Source: Octopus bimaculoides
Lineage: Eukaryota
Assembly (NCBI RefSeq): GCF_001194135.2
Contig: NC_068998.1
Span: forward strand, 13,920,363-13,984,362
Direction: 5' to 3'
Length of the DNA: 64,000 nt
In this document: positions 36,712 through 49,973 of the stretch, one piece after another
How the letters are laid out: each line of letters opens with the position of its first letter
Numbering within the stretch: the stretch's first letter is position 1
Made by a program: the position numbers and the translations under genes
Notes under the pieces: model-generated
Databases searched by the model: none
The model's input: only the letters and a program-made list of their open reading frames with translations
Told to the model about the DNA's origin: nothing

Positions 36712-39073
36712 AATACACACACATGTATACACACACACACACACACATATATATATAGTCATCTAAGAACCCATAAGTCAGAAAAAGTAGTCATTGTATA
36801 TTTGTCAAATGTGCTATTCAAAGTGTACAGAATTATATATCCATTACATCTGATCTTACCAAATGGTTTCACACAGAGCATTAAAACAGCTGCTAGATTA
36901 ATGCACAGTTATATGCCATGTGCTCGTCAGAGCTAACAGGTATGGAAAAAAAATATGGCCATATTTTTTCCATGTTAATACAAGCATGTTGTATTATATA
37001 ACTTTTCAAGGAATAAATGTTAAGGAGGTTATTAATAAAGGAATGGTGAAAGCCAATGGGGCAGATACAACAAAACTAAATACGTTATCTTCACATCATT
37101 TAAAATGAAATACAAAGGAATCATTTTCCATTATCTTCTCCAGGTCTATAGAAAAATGCCAAAAATATTCTGTAGCTAGAAAAATGGAAAAATAAAATAT
37201 AGGATATTGGATAAATGTGGGACAAAACAAATTTTAATTGATCAAAAACACCCACAACAGTCACACACACATAAAGACACACAATTGCACATAAACAGAA
37301 AGTTTGAGAAAAACCTACTTAATGAGATAAAGGCAGGTTCTGCTAATCAAGTTCTGCTAATGAGTATGTAAAAACTATGTTAGGTGGAGAAGGAAAAAGA
37401 AAAAAAAAAATCTTTACTGATTTAAATATAACCTAACACAAGATAGCCAAACAATGATTCTATCACACACATGATTGGACATAGTTCAGGTTAATATGAT
37501 AAGAAATTAAGATTGTGTGAGGAAGAAACAATTTCAACCAATCAGCAGCTAGAATGCTGGAGTACGCTCCAAATACTGGGGCATACCAATAATAATGATG
37601 CAATGCAGGAGTGCATACATACATACATACATGTCTCTAACCTATAAACTATATACATACATACATACATACATACATACATAGATATCGCAGTTCACCT
37701 TTTGCGGTTTATTATTTAAGCTTACGTTGTTTTACATTTATGATAAAATAAATATATACAGATTATAAAAATGATAAAAAGAAAATATACAGTACAGTAC
37801 TGTTCCTACTTCACAGATTTCCACCTATCGTGGGGGTTTTTGGAATGTAACACCCACAATAGTTGAGGGATTACTATATATATATATACACACACACACA
37901 CGTGCGTGACGTGAATGTTTATATTGACTAGATCATGCAACAAAGTAGAAACTCATTGCATCATTATCATTTTGCCATGCCTCCGTACTTTGAGTACATA
38001 TATCATCATCATCATCATCATCACTTGTTTCCATGTTTGCAGGAATTAGGTGGAGATCACTGAGGCAGATTTTCTATACCCGGATATACAATAAGAAATC
38101 AAAATTGTGTGAAGAAGAAACAATTTAATCCAATCAGCAGCTAGAATGCCTGAATAGCCTCCAAATACTGGGGCATGCTAATAATAATGATGTAATGCAA
38201 GAGTGTATACACACAGACACACACACACACATATATATATATATAGACATACACACATACATACACACACATGAGTGTTTATATGGAGCAGATCATGTAA
38301 CAAAGTAGAAACTCATCCCTTGCATCATCATTTTTTTTCCTTGTTTGCATAGATAATGTGGAGTTCACTGAGGCAGATTTTTTTATACATGTATGTATGT
38401 ATGTGTTTGTGTGTCTGTGTTTGTCCCCCCAACATTGCTTGACAACCGATGCTGGTGTGTTTATGTCCCCGTAACTTAGCGGTTCGGCAAAAGAGACCGA
38501 TAGAATAAGTACTAGGCTTCTAAAGAATAAGTCCTGGGGTCGATTTGCTCGACTAAAGGCGGTGCTCCAGCATGGCCGCAGTTAAAAGACTGAAACAAGT
38601 AAAAGAGTAAAAGAGTATATNNNNNNNNNNNNNNNNNNNNNNNNNNNNNNNNNNNNNNNNNNNNNNNNNNNNNNNNNNNNNNNNNNNNNNNNNNNNNNNN
38701 NNNNNNNNNNNNNNNNNNNNNNNNNNNNNNNNNNNNNNNNNNNNNNNNNNNNNNNNNNNNNNNNNNNNNNNNNNNNNNNNNNNNNNNNNNNNNNNNNNNN
38801 NNNNNNNNNNNNNNNNNNNNNNNNNNNNNNNNNNATACAGTGCGTGTGTTTTTATTGGCTAAACTGGCAATATGACCATCCCCAAGTACAACAATATATA
38901 TATATATATATATATGTATGTATATATATATATATATATCACAATTATTTTTTTTCAGTTACAATCTACAATAGGCTATAGGTTGAAGACACTTGCTATA
39001 GGTGCCACGCAGTGGGACTGAACTCAAATTTAAGTGATTGAGAAGCAAACCTCTAAATTACTCTGCCACATCT

Positions 39074-39107
<34 letters not shown>

Positions 39108-39651
39108 TATTTATACACATACATACATACACAAATACACACACACACACAAGCATACACACACACACACACACACAAGCAGCATTTGTAACCTCATTTC
39201 AAATAGAATCTCTCACATAACAATAACCTGATGATGATGATGAGAGCAATTCAAAGAGAGTGCAGACCAAAAATTAGTCAAATCACCATTAAATCACAGC
39301 CTATCACTTTTAGAAATGGAAGGGCACATTAGATAATGTAGTCCTAGGTATGCAATGACTGAGAGAAGGAATGGGATAGGCTGAGATGGTCATAACTGGA
39401 ACGCTTTCCATCATAGGTCTACTCAGTCAGGGCTGACCCAGATCGAAACGGAAGCTAACGATGACAAATAAGATTGCAGTGGCGGCAGCAACAATGATGA
39501 CAACAACAATGATGTTGATGATGATGATAATTACAATGATGATGATGATGATAACATTAATATTCTTTGTTTTCATTTACCTGACAAGTCTACTGAAATA
39601 ATCAAATATATATTGCCTCTTCTTTCTTGAATCTGTGTCTATCTGTCTGTT

Positions 39652-39724
<73 letters not shown>

Positions 39725-39933
39725 GACACACATACACATTATATACACAGACTCAAACACAAACACATACACTCAAACACACAGAAGCTTCAAATTAAAT
39801 CTGCTTTTTTTTTTTTCCTCTCATTAATGAATTAAAAACAGTTAAGCTAATTAAACCAATTAGCAACATAGTTTTAGGTAGCAAGTAAAACATCACCAAT
39901 GAAATTCCAGTCAAAAAGAAAGAGGATAATTAC

Positions 39934-40037
39934 CGAAAAAGTTCATGGTTACGGTCAGTCCGAGGCACATCACGCTTTATAATCCTCATGTCCCCCCAAA
40001 ATTTCTTTCGTTGTACTTTTTGCTTTTTGGCATATAT
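39934..40037 (-). CDS. TBC gene exon (IYAKKQKVQRKKFWGDMRIIKRDVPRTDRNHELF-)
   Basis: Acceptor ttttatag|ATA, donor CG|gtaatt, 104 nt, phase 0 to 2. Contains the catalytic IxxDxxR arginine finger (IKRDVPRTDR). Confidence 0.95.
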
Positions 40038-41528
40038 CTATAAAATAATAATAATAATAATAATGATGATGGTGATTTCAAATTTTGGCACAAGGCCATT
40101 GATTCTGGGGGAGGGAGTAAATCGATTACATCGATCCCAGTATTAAGCTGGTACTTATTTTATTGATCCTAAAAGATCAAAGGCCAAGCTGACCTCAGCA
40201 GAAATTGAACTCAGAAAGTGCAGACAGATGAAATAGTGCTTAGCATTTCACCCAGCATGCTGGTGATTCTGCCAGTTTGAAGATAATAATAATAATAATA
40301 ATAATAATCTTTTCTTCTATAGGCACAAGGCCTGAAATTGTTTGTGGGGGAATAATAAATAATATACTTTTGAATAATTATAACAAAAAAAAGTAATAAA
40401 TACAATCTTATTCATTCAGTTTTACAATAAATTTTATAAGAAAAGTAACTTTTTCTTTTATATATAACACACAAACATCAATTTTTCAATTTCATGACAC
40501 CTAAATATTTCTTTTGCATCTTTAAATGCAAGAACTTGTTGTCCCTTGATGTCTTTGGTTGAGACTTGTGTGCAGATACTTCAAATTAAAGCAGGGGAGG
40601 AGGAGGAGGGTTGTTTCTAATTTAAGCCTAAGTCCAACAGTTTTTTTTTTTCTGAGAAGTGGTGGTTAGCTGATACTATGAACCTCAGTACTTAACTGGT
40701 AATTTATTTTATTGACCCTGGAAGGATGAAAAGCAAATTGACTTTCAAGAGGATTTGAAGTCAGAACACAGAGAGCCAGAACAAACGCAATATAACATTG
40801 AATAAAAAGCTCTGATGATTTTGCTGTGAAGAAAACTATTACAGCAAACACTCTAACATAATCATGACTATAGATATTCACAATAAAAGAATAATGAAAT
40901 GCTCAAAATTGAAAACAAACAAACTATAAACACATACACAAGGATTGAGATAAGTAGAAAACTACTATGAAATAACAATAGCAGAAAAAAATTACTTAGT
41001 AAAAAAATCAGAGTGTCTGGGTGCATTCATTGTGACACTGGCACTAGTGAGATCACAAGTACTCACAAGACAAAAACCTCTCGATTTTGTTAGATATAGT
41101 ATTGAAGTTAGTGTAAGTATGATAGAGAGAAAAGAATGAGTATCTTGCTGAAGAAGATATTACATGACTTCTTCAGCTGGAGAGAGAGAGATAGAATGTT
41201 GAGAGTGTAACTTTACATTACAAGGTAAATAAAATAACACAACACACCCTCCTTTTTTCCTACATAATTGACACTTGTCATGACAACACTATCAACTTAC
41301 ACAGTTCACATTCCTTACAGATGCAACCCATTAATGCTACACAAACATACTCTACACTAAAACTCAACACCTGTCAAAGTGCACATACGTAACACAAACA
41401 CCACCCATGAAAATAACACAACACAGTGCACATACTTTACACAACAGATGGAACATTAGAATAATAACAAAAACAACAAAACTGAATTGGACAAGTAAAC
41501 AAATATGATAAGTCAATTCATTACTCAC

Positions 41529-42247
41529 CTGTGCTTGAAAATCAATGAAGTTGATCTGCTTTTGTACATCTGGTGAATTCCAATCAAGAGAGAGACCAGA
41601 ACTAATAAGATCCGATGTAAAGACATTAGTTTGAAATCTTTTGGCTTCAGCCTCCGCCACAGCAGCAGCAATGTCCTCCAAATTTAATTCACTGTCTTTT
41701 GAAGAACTCTGCATTCCTCCTAACTGAGACAAATTTCCATTACCAAATTGATTAACCATTAGGGAATACTCCATTACATCACTAATTTTTTTGTGTCCAG
41801 AATGTTCTGGAAGGAACAAGTGAGTTTGTAGAGGTGGGCTCAAAGAGCTAACACCATTTAATTGCAGTTGTGCTACTTTGGTAGGGCTCACAACTTCAGA
41901 AGACAAGGAATGAAAACAAGTACAAAAATGCTCAACAGAACTTTCTTTAACAGAACATTTATCTTCAAAGGAAGACATTTTCTCTACACTGTCCAATGGC
42001 TGCCCACATACTGTACAAGAGCTATAACATTTACTGGTATCTGTAAAAATTTCTTCTGAAAGACTACTTTGAGACGGGCTTTTTGAAATTGATCGCACAG
42101 TTTCATTTGAATTAACCGATGAATCCATATTGACAGTAATCCAACTGGTCTCATCTCCAGACGACGGTGACTTTACTAAATTTAAATTTGGACTATTGTC
42201 TTCTTTATAAAATTCCTCTGACATAATATTTTCATCAATATCGTGAT
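41529..42247 (-). CDS. TBC gene large exon: Ser/acidic-rich insert (DHDIDENIMSEEFYK...QKQINFIDFQAQ)
   Basis: Acceptor tttcag|AT, donor CAG|gtgagt, 719 nt, phase 1 to 0, no stops. Corresponds to most of the 286-aa ORF 41364..42224. Confidence 0.9.
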
Positions 42248-42961
42248 CTGAAATTAGATTTTAAAACAATAATAGTTTCTCAAATTACAGTAAAATAAAA
42301 ATGTTTAAATTACTTAAAATCAAATAATACAATAGTTAAAATAACACCCAGATTATTTTGATATTTTTGTTTAGGTACAGATCAACACTGATCAAAGGTA
42401 TTCCAACCATGACCATCATGTCTTTGTGCAAACCAGGAATTATACATCCAGGAAACCAGGTAACCAGCCATATGGAATATTAGGACTCAAGGCATTAATG
42501 TCATGGAGTTGATGGTGATAAGTACAGAGATCTAGTTTAGTTAATTATGCCTTCCTTCAAATGCATATCGTTGTCATGCCTAACACAGAGGTTGTAACTG
42601 TTCTTATGTTGTATACTTAATCCCTTACCCAGCTCAATTTAACACCACCACCACCTGATCCTTGGGTGCTTTTAGCAGAGTCTATTTTTTCGCTAGCATT
42701 TTTAGTCATATTTCAGGTTTGAAAATAACTTTGTTCCACCAATTATGGATGCCCTGAGAACAGTTTATAGACATTGTCCCTCATCCTTTGACTAAATGAT
42801 GACAAGCAAATGCATCTCAGTCAATAGAACCAATATTCTTAAATCCAAGATCATAATTTAATATGTTACAGCATAATAGAATCACCTCCATATACATCTG
42901 CATACTGCAAGGATTGTGATTGGCTGCATTATTTGAAAAAGCATCACAAACTGTTACTTAC

Positions 42962-43074
42962 CCCCTGTATTAGCTTTAGCAGCAGCAGCCTCCAATTTGT
43001 TGAGGACATGGAGACAGTGGGCCTTCATTTCATGGTACTTTATTACATACTCCAACTTAATTATTTCTCGTTCT
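42962..43074 (-). CDS. TBC gene exon (REREIIKLEYVIKYHEMKAHCLHVLNKLEAAAAKANTG-)
   Basis: Acceptor tttgttgcag|A, donor G|gtaagt, 113 nt, phase 2 to 1, open frame. Resembles the ER...Y..MK helix that follows RxxxW in TBC domains. Confidence 0.88.
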
Positions 43075-43564
43075 CTGCAACAAATAAATGAACAAATTAA
43101 TTACTGAACATACAGTAAAAGTAGTCGCCATTTTTATTCATTAATAGGTGTAAGTATGGCTCTGTGATCAACAAGCTTGCTTTGAAACAATATGATCTCA
43201 AGTTTGATTCTAATGCATGGTATCTTTGGTATGTTTTACCATAGCCTTGAGTTTAATGTCTTGGAGTAAAATTCAGCAAACATAAATTCTATTTAGACAC
43301 ACACTGTGCGCATGTGTTATGTCATATATGTTTGTGATGTGTATATGTGTTGTATGCATTTGTGTGTATGTGTTTGTCTCCACATTTCTTCTCATTGACA
43401 ATGTTTAGGCAGCAACAATGGTCTTTATATCTCCCAGAAACAAAAAGTCTGGCAGCAGTTCAATATGCAATGACATGGAATACATACCTTAATTGGAAAC
43501 AAGTAAGACATCTGACCATAGAATACTGCCTCAATAAATAATACAGCAAAAGTAGATACAAAAT

Positions 43565-43596
43565 GGTGGTGGTGGTGGTGGTGGTGGTGGTGATGG

Positions 43597-43628
<32 letters not shown>

Positions 43629-43635
43629 GTGATGG

Positions 43636-43670
<35 letters not shown>

Positions 43671-43675
43671 GTGGC
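43565..43675. repeat. (GGT)n(GAT)n trinucleotide repeat, intronic
   Basis: Read directly. It produces the spurious poly-His ORF. Confidence 0.95.
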
Positions 43676-43941
43676 AGCAAGGAAGAAAGAGGTGTGGTCT
43701 GATTTTATTTCTTTGATTATTTAGTCTGAAGAAAATGGACAATGTTCATAACTTTTTCAGACCCACCTAGGCAGGAGAATAACAAAATAAATATAATAGA
43801 CGCTGTGTGGTTAAAAAGCTTACTTTGCGATCATATGGTTTCAGAGCAGCACCTCGGGCAAGTATCTTCTATTATAGACCTGTGCCAACCAATGTTTTGT
43901 GAGTGAATTTATATGGATGGAAACTGCATGGAAGCCCATCA

Positions 43942-43978
<37 letters not shown>

Positions 43979-44436
43979 ATGTGTGTGCATGTGTGTTAGT
44001 TTGTATCTTCTTGTTTTGACATCATGTGACAGCTGTAAGTGCCATCAACTTACAAACAGTGTCATTAGTTTCCAGTCTTCCATGAAAACATGTCCAGTCA
44101 TGGAGAAATACTACCTTCCCTGGAAACGGATGAGAATTGGTAACAGGAAGAGCATCTGGCCATAGAAAATGTGCTTCAATGAATTCCATTTGGCATATAC
44201 ACACAGGGAAAAGTGGACATTAAAATCATGATGATAATTTAACTTGTTGAAAAAGAAAATGAATCAAAATAACAAAAAAAAAAAAAANNNNNNNNNNNNN
44301 NNNNNNNNNNNNNNNNNNNNNNNNNNNNNNNNNNNNNNNNNNNNNNNNNNNNNNNNNNNNNNNNNNNNNNNNNNNNNNNNNNNNNNNNNNNNNNNNNNNN
44401 NNNNNNNNNNNNNNNNNNNNNNNATTGTTTCCATAC

Positions 44437-44512
44437 CTTTTAGTTGACTGACAAGGATACATTCCAAACAGAAATGGCCACACAGATTTCCTGAGAGAAG
44501 GTTGGATTCCAC
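44437..44512 (-). CDS. TBC gene exon (GGIQPSLRKSVWPFLFGMYPCQSTK-)
   Basis: Acceptor caatag|GT, donor AG|gtatgg, 76 nt, phase 1 to 2. Contains the TBC RxxxW motif (LRKSVWPFL). Confidence 0.93.
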
Positions 44513-44559
44513 CTATTGGAGAACAAATGGTAAGAATTACTACTTAGTATTTTTATTTA

Positions 44560-44846
44560 TGCGCCCTTTTCAAGCCTAGCCAGGCTCATGGGCCTGTTTT
44601 CCTGGTTTCTATGGCGTATGTGTTCCCCCCTACCTGGACGGGATGCCAGTCCATCGCAACGTTACTCAAGAAACAGGAAGAAAGAGTGAGAGAAAGTTGG
44701 GGCGAAAGAGTACAACAGGGGTTGCCACCATGCCCTGTCAGAGCCTCGTGGAGCTTTAGGTGTTTTTGCTCAATAAACAAACACAACCCCTAGTCTGGGA
44801 ATCGAAACCACGATTCTCCGACCGCGATTCCACTACCCTAACCACT
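44560..44846 (-). mobile_element. SINE with family-B head but a different (L2-like) tail
   Basis: Shares the TTTATTGAGCxAAAACACCTAAAGCTCCACGAGGCTC body with B copies, then switches to GTAACxTTGCGATGGACTGGCATCCCGTCCAGG, an L2-type 3' tail motif. Confidence 0.7.
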
Positions 44847-44978
44847 TATTTTGGCATGAAACCATAAATAAACTACATTTTGGGAGTATCACATTGGCCA
44901 CCAGAATGGCACATTCTAAAAGGATGAATGGCAAAGTTCATCTTAGAACTGGGGCTAAAACAAAAACAATGTTACAAT

Positions 44979-45399
44979 TAAAGTAGTTGTATACTGCCAA
45001 CTTAACGTGACAGTCCCAATAAGGGAATATACTACTGCTGTTTAGCCCTAGGAAGCCAGACCGCTTCCTATTAGGCCTTGACACATTTCCTGTGCCCTTA
45101 TGCTTACGAAGGGGAGACAAACTCCTCCACCCAGCCTAGCCTGCATTACGAAGGTGAAACAGACTTCTTCACCTAGCCAGCCGTGCTACTTCAGTCTGAT
45201 GACGAGCAAAGACTCAGAAACATGTCCCTGAATGCAGGCTAGGCTGGGTGGAGGAGTTTGTCTCCCCTTCGTAGGCATAAGGGCACAGGAAATGTGTCAA
45301 TGCCTAATAGGAAGCAGTCTGGCTTCCTAGGGCTAAACAGCAGTAGTATATTCCCTTATTGGGACTGTCACGTTAAGTCGGCAGTATACAACTACTTTA
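44979..45399. mobile_element. 421-bp fold-back element: 169-bp inverted arms (44979-45147 / 45231-45399) with an 83-bp spacer
   Basis: Arms are reverse complements with about 4 mismatches. The spacer holds an HHR-like motif. Located in a TBC intron. Confidence 0.85.
45190..45232 (+). ncRNA. Minimal type I hammerhead-like motif (degenerate)
   Basis: TTCAG(T)-CTGATGA-(C)GAG caaaga CTC(A)-GAAAC ATGTC-(C)CTGAA. Core intact, palindromic ACATGT stem III as in Penelope-associated minimal HHRs, 5-bp stem I. Mismatches at both core-closing pairs. Confidence 0.55.
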
Positions 45400-45491
45400 T
45401 CGCATCACTACTGCTTAAGTCTCTCTGAGAGATTTAGAAATTCATTATTTCTAATGTTACAATTACAAATGAAGAATAAAAACTCACTAAC

Positions 45492-45703
45492 CAAGAAAAA
45501 CTGCCTTCCTCAGCTGCCGTTCTTGCACAAGACGCCCATCACTGTCAAACATGGTGAGGAATTTCTCTTCATCGAGAGGTGGCGTTCTTTCAGAGTGTGG
45601 TGTATCTAAGGTGAAAGGGGAATGTGGAGGTAGATCCATGATGATGTATGATTCATCAGCAGAAACATCATTTCCTGCACAATAAGGCTGTGTATCTAGA
45701 TTC
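45492..45703 (-). CDS. TBC/Rab-GAP gene exon (NLDTQPYCAGNDVSADESYIIMDLPPHSPFTLDTPHSERTPPLDEEKFLTMFDSDGRLVQERQLRKAVFL-)
   Basis: Acceptor tttttgccag|G, donor G|gttagt, 212 nt. The PL..F...FDxDGRL...LRxxVFxGG motif is typical of the start of Gyp7/TBC1D15/17/25-type TBC domains. An in-exon Met at 45639 is an alternative start. Confidence 0.88.
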
Positions 45704-46495
45704 CTGGCAAAAATAAGAAGAGAATTAATGTACACATGAGTTGCAATAGGGTGCTCCTATATATATATATCAGAGGGAGACAAAACAAAGCAAAAAAAAA
45801 TCATCCTGGCAGCAGCTAGTGAGAGCACCAGAGGCATTTTGGCTTTTCTGGGCCTCATCAATGATATGTACTTGTGACCAGTCACAGCCTAAACAAGATT
45901 TGTTGCCTCTGATGTAGTAAACAGTGAATAATGCATTCACTGGTATTGTGAATAGCTGCCAAGTTGAATAAATAATCCACTGTAAGCAATTGAAGCAGTA
46001 TTAAATCAGAATAGACACCTATTTGTCATACATAATGTACATGCAATGTTGATAGGCAAATTACTGTGTTATTTCTTTGTCTGAGATTAAATCTCTAATA
46101 GACATACTAGTATGATACATATATGGCTATTTTAATTTAACACTGCTTCAATTGCATACATACACCATTTCATTGTAAGACAAATGCAAATATATTTTTC
46201 TTATGTAGTTCTTGTCCATTATATTATACAAGGATGATATTAAAGAAAAATACGACCACGCAAAAGAACATGCAAAAGATCTCTCATGTAACAGGTGACC
46301 TTTTTAGTTTGTCTATTTATATTTTTAGCAATAAGAACAAATACAACCTTTTTCTGAATTATATAAACTGTTTATATATACATCAAACAACTTAGAGAGT
46401 ATCAAACAGAATTTTTCCAAAAATAACGGAAAAGAGTAACAATTTATGTCTTCCCTTTTATTCAATTATATATTATTATTATGCTCATAAGGACC

Positions 46496-46526
<31 letters not shown>

Positions 46527-49500
46527 AGGTGGTGAACTGGCAGAATTGTTAGCACAGCAAGCAAAATGCTTTGCAGTATTTCATCCGTCTTTACGTTCTG
46601 AGTTCAAATTCCACCGAGGTCGGCTCTGCCTTTCATCCTTTCAGGGTCAATAAATTATGTACCAGTGAAACACTGGGGTCGATATAATCAACTAGTCCCC
46701 TCCTCCAAAATTTCAGGCCTTGTGCCTATAGTAGAAAGGATTAGTATGCTCATAAGGAAGCCAATTTTTCATGTTAGATTATTGCTTAAAAGAAGTTTAA
46801 TGAAGTCAGTTACCATTTCTGATGGCAATTGGACTTATCAAGCTCTTCTATGAATTTTCCTATGGATTAAATGTTGCTAAACAGGTGCATACAAGACTGA
46901 GATTAAGAAGTTGGCTTTACAACTACATGATTTCAGGTTCAGTCCCACAGAATTGCACCTTGGACAAGTGTGTTCCACTATAGCCCCAAGCCATTCAATG
47001 CATTGTGAGTGGATTTGGTAGAGAGAAACTGTATGGAAATCTGCCATATATATGTTTGTATATACATGTATATGTTTGTGTGTCTTTGTATCTGTAACTC
47101 CTTAATCACTTGATAACTAGTGTTGGTTTGTTTATGTCCTTGTAACTTAGCAGTTTGGCAAAAGAGCTGGACAGAACAAGTACCAGCCTTAAAAAAAAAA
47201 AATACTAATTGGAGGAGAATTGTTTGACTGAATTCTTCAAGGCAGTGCCCCAGCATGGCTACAGCTGAATGACTGAAACAAGTAAAAGATAAAGGATAAA
47301 TGTAGACTGTCACCAGCTTCCTTGGGTACTGGCGCTTCAGCTATTGTTTTTAGGTTTACATTGACAAACAGAACAAAGGCAACTTGTGCAAACTACACAA
47401 CTCAGCTCTCACTGGAACAGTCATTTTACACAGAAGCATTTTCTGTACAATTCACAGGCGAACAATTCATGACTATCTGCTCTTATTCTGAGCTTTGTTT
47501 CAGAAGCCAATTATTCAATTTCAAAAATGATAACAGCAACATATAAATAAAAAAAACATTTGCATACTTGAGATTGATAATGTAGCTATCATGCTTATTA
47601 CATGTGATGTACAAAATATAAACAATAAACGAAGTAGAATTAACCTCTGACATATATTTACATCTCTCTCTCTCACACAGACACACACACACACACATAC
47701 GTACATACATGTTTACAAAAACTAGACATAGGATCACTGAACTCACAGAAGAAGCTTTAGTCTTTGTGTTTAACAATATGACTGATAAGTTACAAAACAG
47801 ACATGTTGTAGAGAAGTGGAAAGCTCTGGATAACCAGATGATATAAATCTATGATACAAGTTCAATACCTGGTTGATCTATTTAAAATCTTTTCTGACCA
47901 TATTTCTCATGAAATAATGCTGTCCATGTATTTCTATAAAATTTGAAAAATAATCAAGAATCTGGAGGAATTTAGTAAGGTGTCCGACCTCTTCCTTATC
48001 AAGGTGTAGTTTGAAACAATTTATTTAAAGTGTTCTCACATAAAATTAAGATAGATTTTAAAGATGAATACTCAAACAAAAAAAAACAAAAAACGTGGTT
48101 TTATATCACAGCAGCTGAGAATTCCTTATCTTATGAGCCCAGGGCTGCTGGTGCCACATAAAAAGCACCTGTGCCAGTGTTACATAAGCACACCTGTGCC
48201 AGAGCTGTGTAAATGCACCCAGTACACTCTGTAAAGTGGTTGGCATTAGGAAGGGCATCCAGCTGTAGAAACCGTGCCAAAGAACTGAGGGAGCTAGGGC
48301 AGCTCTCTAGCTGACCAGCTCCTGTCAAACCATGCAGTCCATACCAGCATGGAAAACAGACATTAAATGATGATGATGATGATGAACTAAAGGTAGCTTC
48401 TGACAGGTTACTAGTAGAAGGTTAATCTCACATACCACTACTCAAACAAGCATTTTCTAACCAATGTCAGTAACTTAGAGAAGAATGTACTTTGGCAGCC
48501 TAACTTTCTCACAAGACAATACACATAAAGACAAAGTCTTTAAGAAAGCTTGAATGATCCATTAAGAGTTGAGGAATATAATAGTTCCCCTGCATAGTCA
48601 TTCTTCCATATCAGCACTGTTAAAATCAAACCATGCTCCACTTACTCAAGCAGTTAAGGTGTCATATGTAGCCCACTCTAATCTTTTGTAACATACTACT
48701 TTTAATGAATACAGCTTCAGCAGTAGCTGAAAACTCAAGGTCTATTTAGCATAAAGTTAATATGTTTTTTATAATGTTTACTCTGTCAAAGCTGTTCACA
48801 TTTACATCGTTTATTCATCTCTTGTGAGTCAATGGTTTAATCAACACAGAACTGACATAGTGAGAACTATTTGGAGCAGTGATGGGATCTGGGGAGGTTG
48901 GAATTTTGAAGTTTGTTGACTGAAGCAAGTTTAGGCAAATTCTTTTGGCATCGTTGATGGCTGTGTTCAGCATCTAATTAGGAATGCTGTCCTGTATAAC
49001 AAGCAGAGTATGCTGGAAATTAACTCAGCTTCTCTGATATTAAGACATCTTGTCTGTTAAGAAAAACAGTCAAATCATGAGCTAATGAAGTAGCTACTAT
49101 GAGATTGTTCAACTCGCTAGAATTAGCAACCAAATCACCCTCAAATCACATCTGACTACATATAAAACAGATACATTGGATAACATAGTCCAAAATACAG
49201 TATACTCAAATAAAAAGACAAAATATTTTTGATCATAGATTAACTTCATCAGGGCTGCCAAGGGTTAAACAACAATGAAAAATCAATCAAATCACAAAAC
49301 TGTCAGCCAAAGGTGAGATTTTTAACTCAAAACTGCAACTAATGAAATCTATGTTTGTAATAATGGTTTCTAGCACTGATATGAAGCTGCCAAAAAATTT
49401 GGTAGGATAAGTGTAGTTAATTCAATCACCCACAGTATTTGACTGGTACTTATTGTATTTTATTGGTCCTTAAGGCAAAAATCAACTGACACAATGTTGG

Positions 49501-49584
49501 AATTTAAGTCCCAATACAAAACACTACAAAGTGCTTAGTAAGGCATTCTACTATGTCTGTTGCACCATGATTCTTAACATCTAT

Positions 49585-49973
49585 GTGGAGGCGCAATGGC
49601 CCAGTGGTTAGGGCAGCAGACTCGCGGTCATAGGATCGCAGTTTCGATTCCCAGACCGGGCGTTGTGAGTGTTTATTGAGCGAAAACACCTAAAGCTCCA
49701 CGAGGCTCCGGCAGGGGATGGTGGCGAACCCTGTAGTACTCTTCCACCACAACTTTCTCTCACTCTTACTTCCTGTTTCTGTTGTGCCCGTAATTCAAAG
49801 GGTCAGCTTTGTCACACTGTGTCACGCTGAATATCCCTGAGAACGACGTTAAGGGTACACGTGTCTGTGGAGTGCTCAGCCACTTGCACGTTAATTTCAT
49901 GAACAGGCTGTTCCGTTGATCGGATCAACTGAAACCCTCAACGTCGTAAGTGACGGAGTGCCAACAACAACAA
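49585..49973 (+). mobile_element. tRNA-headed SINE family B, full length
   Basis: Highly similar to 27082-27465, (CAA)n tail. 12-bp TSD CTTAACATCTAT (49573-84 / 49974-85). Confidence 0.92.

Noticed and set aside
41364-42224. 286-aa ORF as a standalone gene
   Set aside because: It is an internal exon (41529-42247) of the TBC gene; the C-terminal 55 codons are intron read-through.
43425-43742. Poly-histidine ORF
   Set aside because: Translation of an intronic (CAT/CAC)n microsatellite, with no splice-compatible context in the TBC model.
48810-48985. Possible upstream TBC exon (MLNTAINDAKRICL..)
   Set aside because: No phase-2 donor found to join the 45703 acceptor, and no homology evident.
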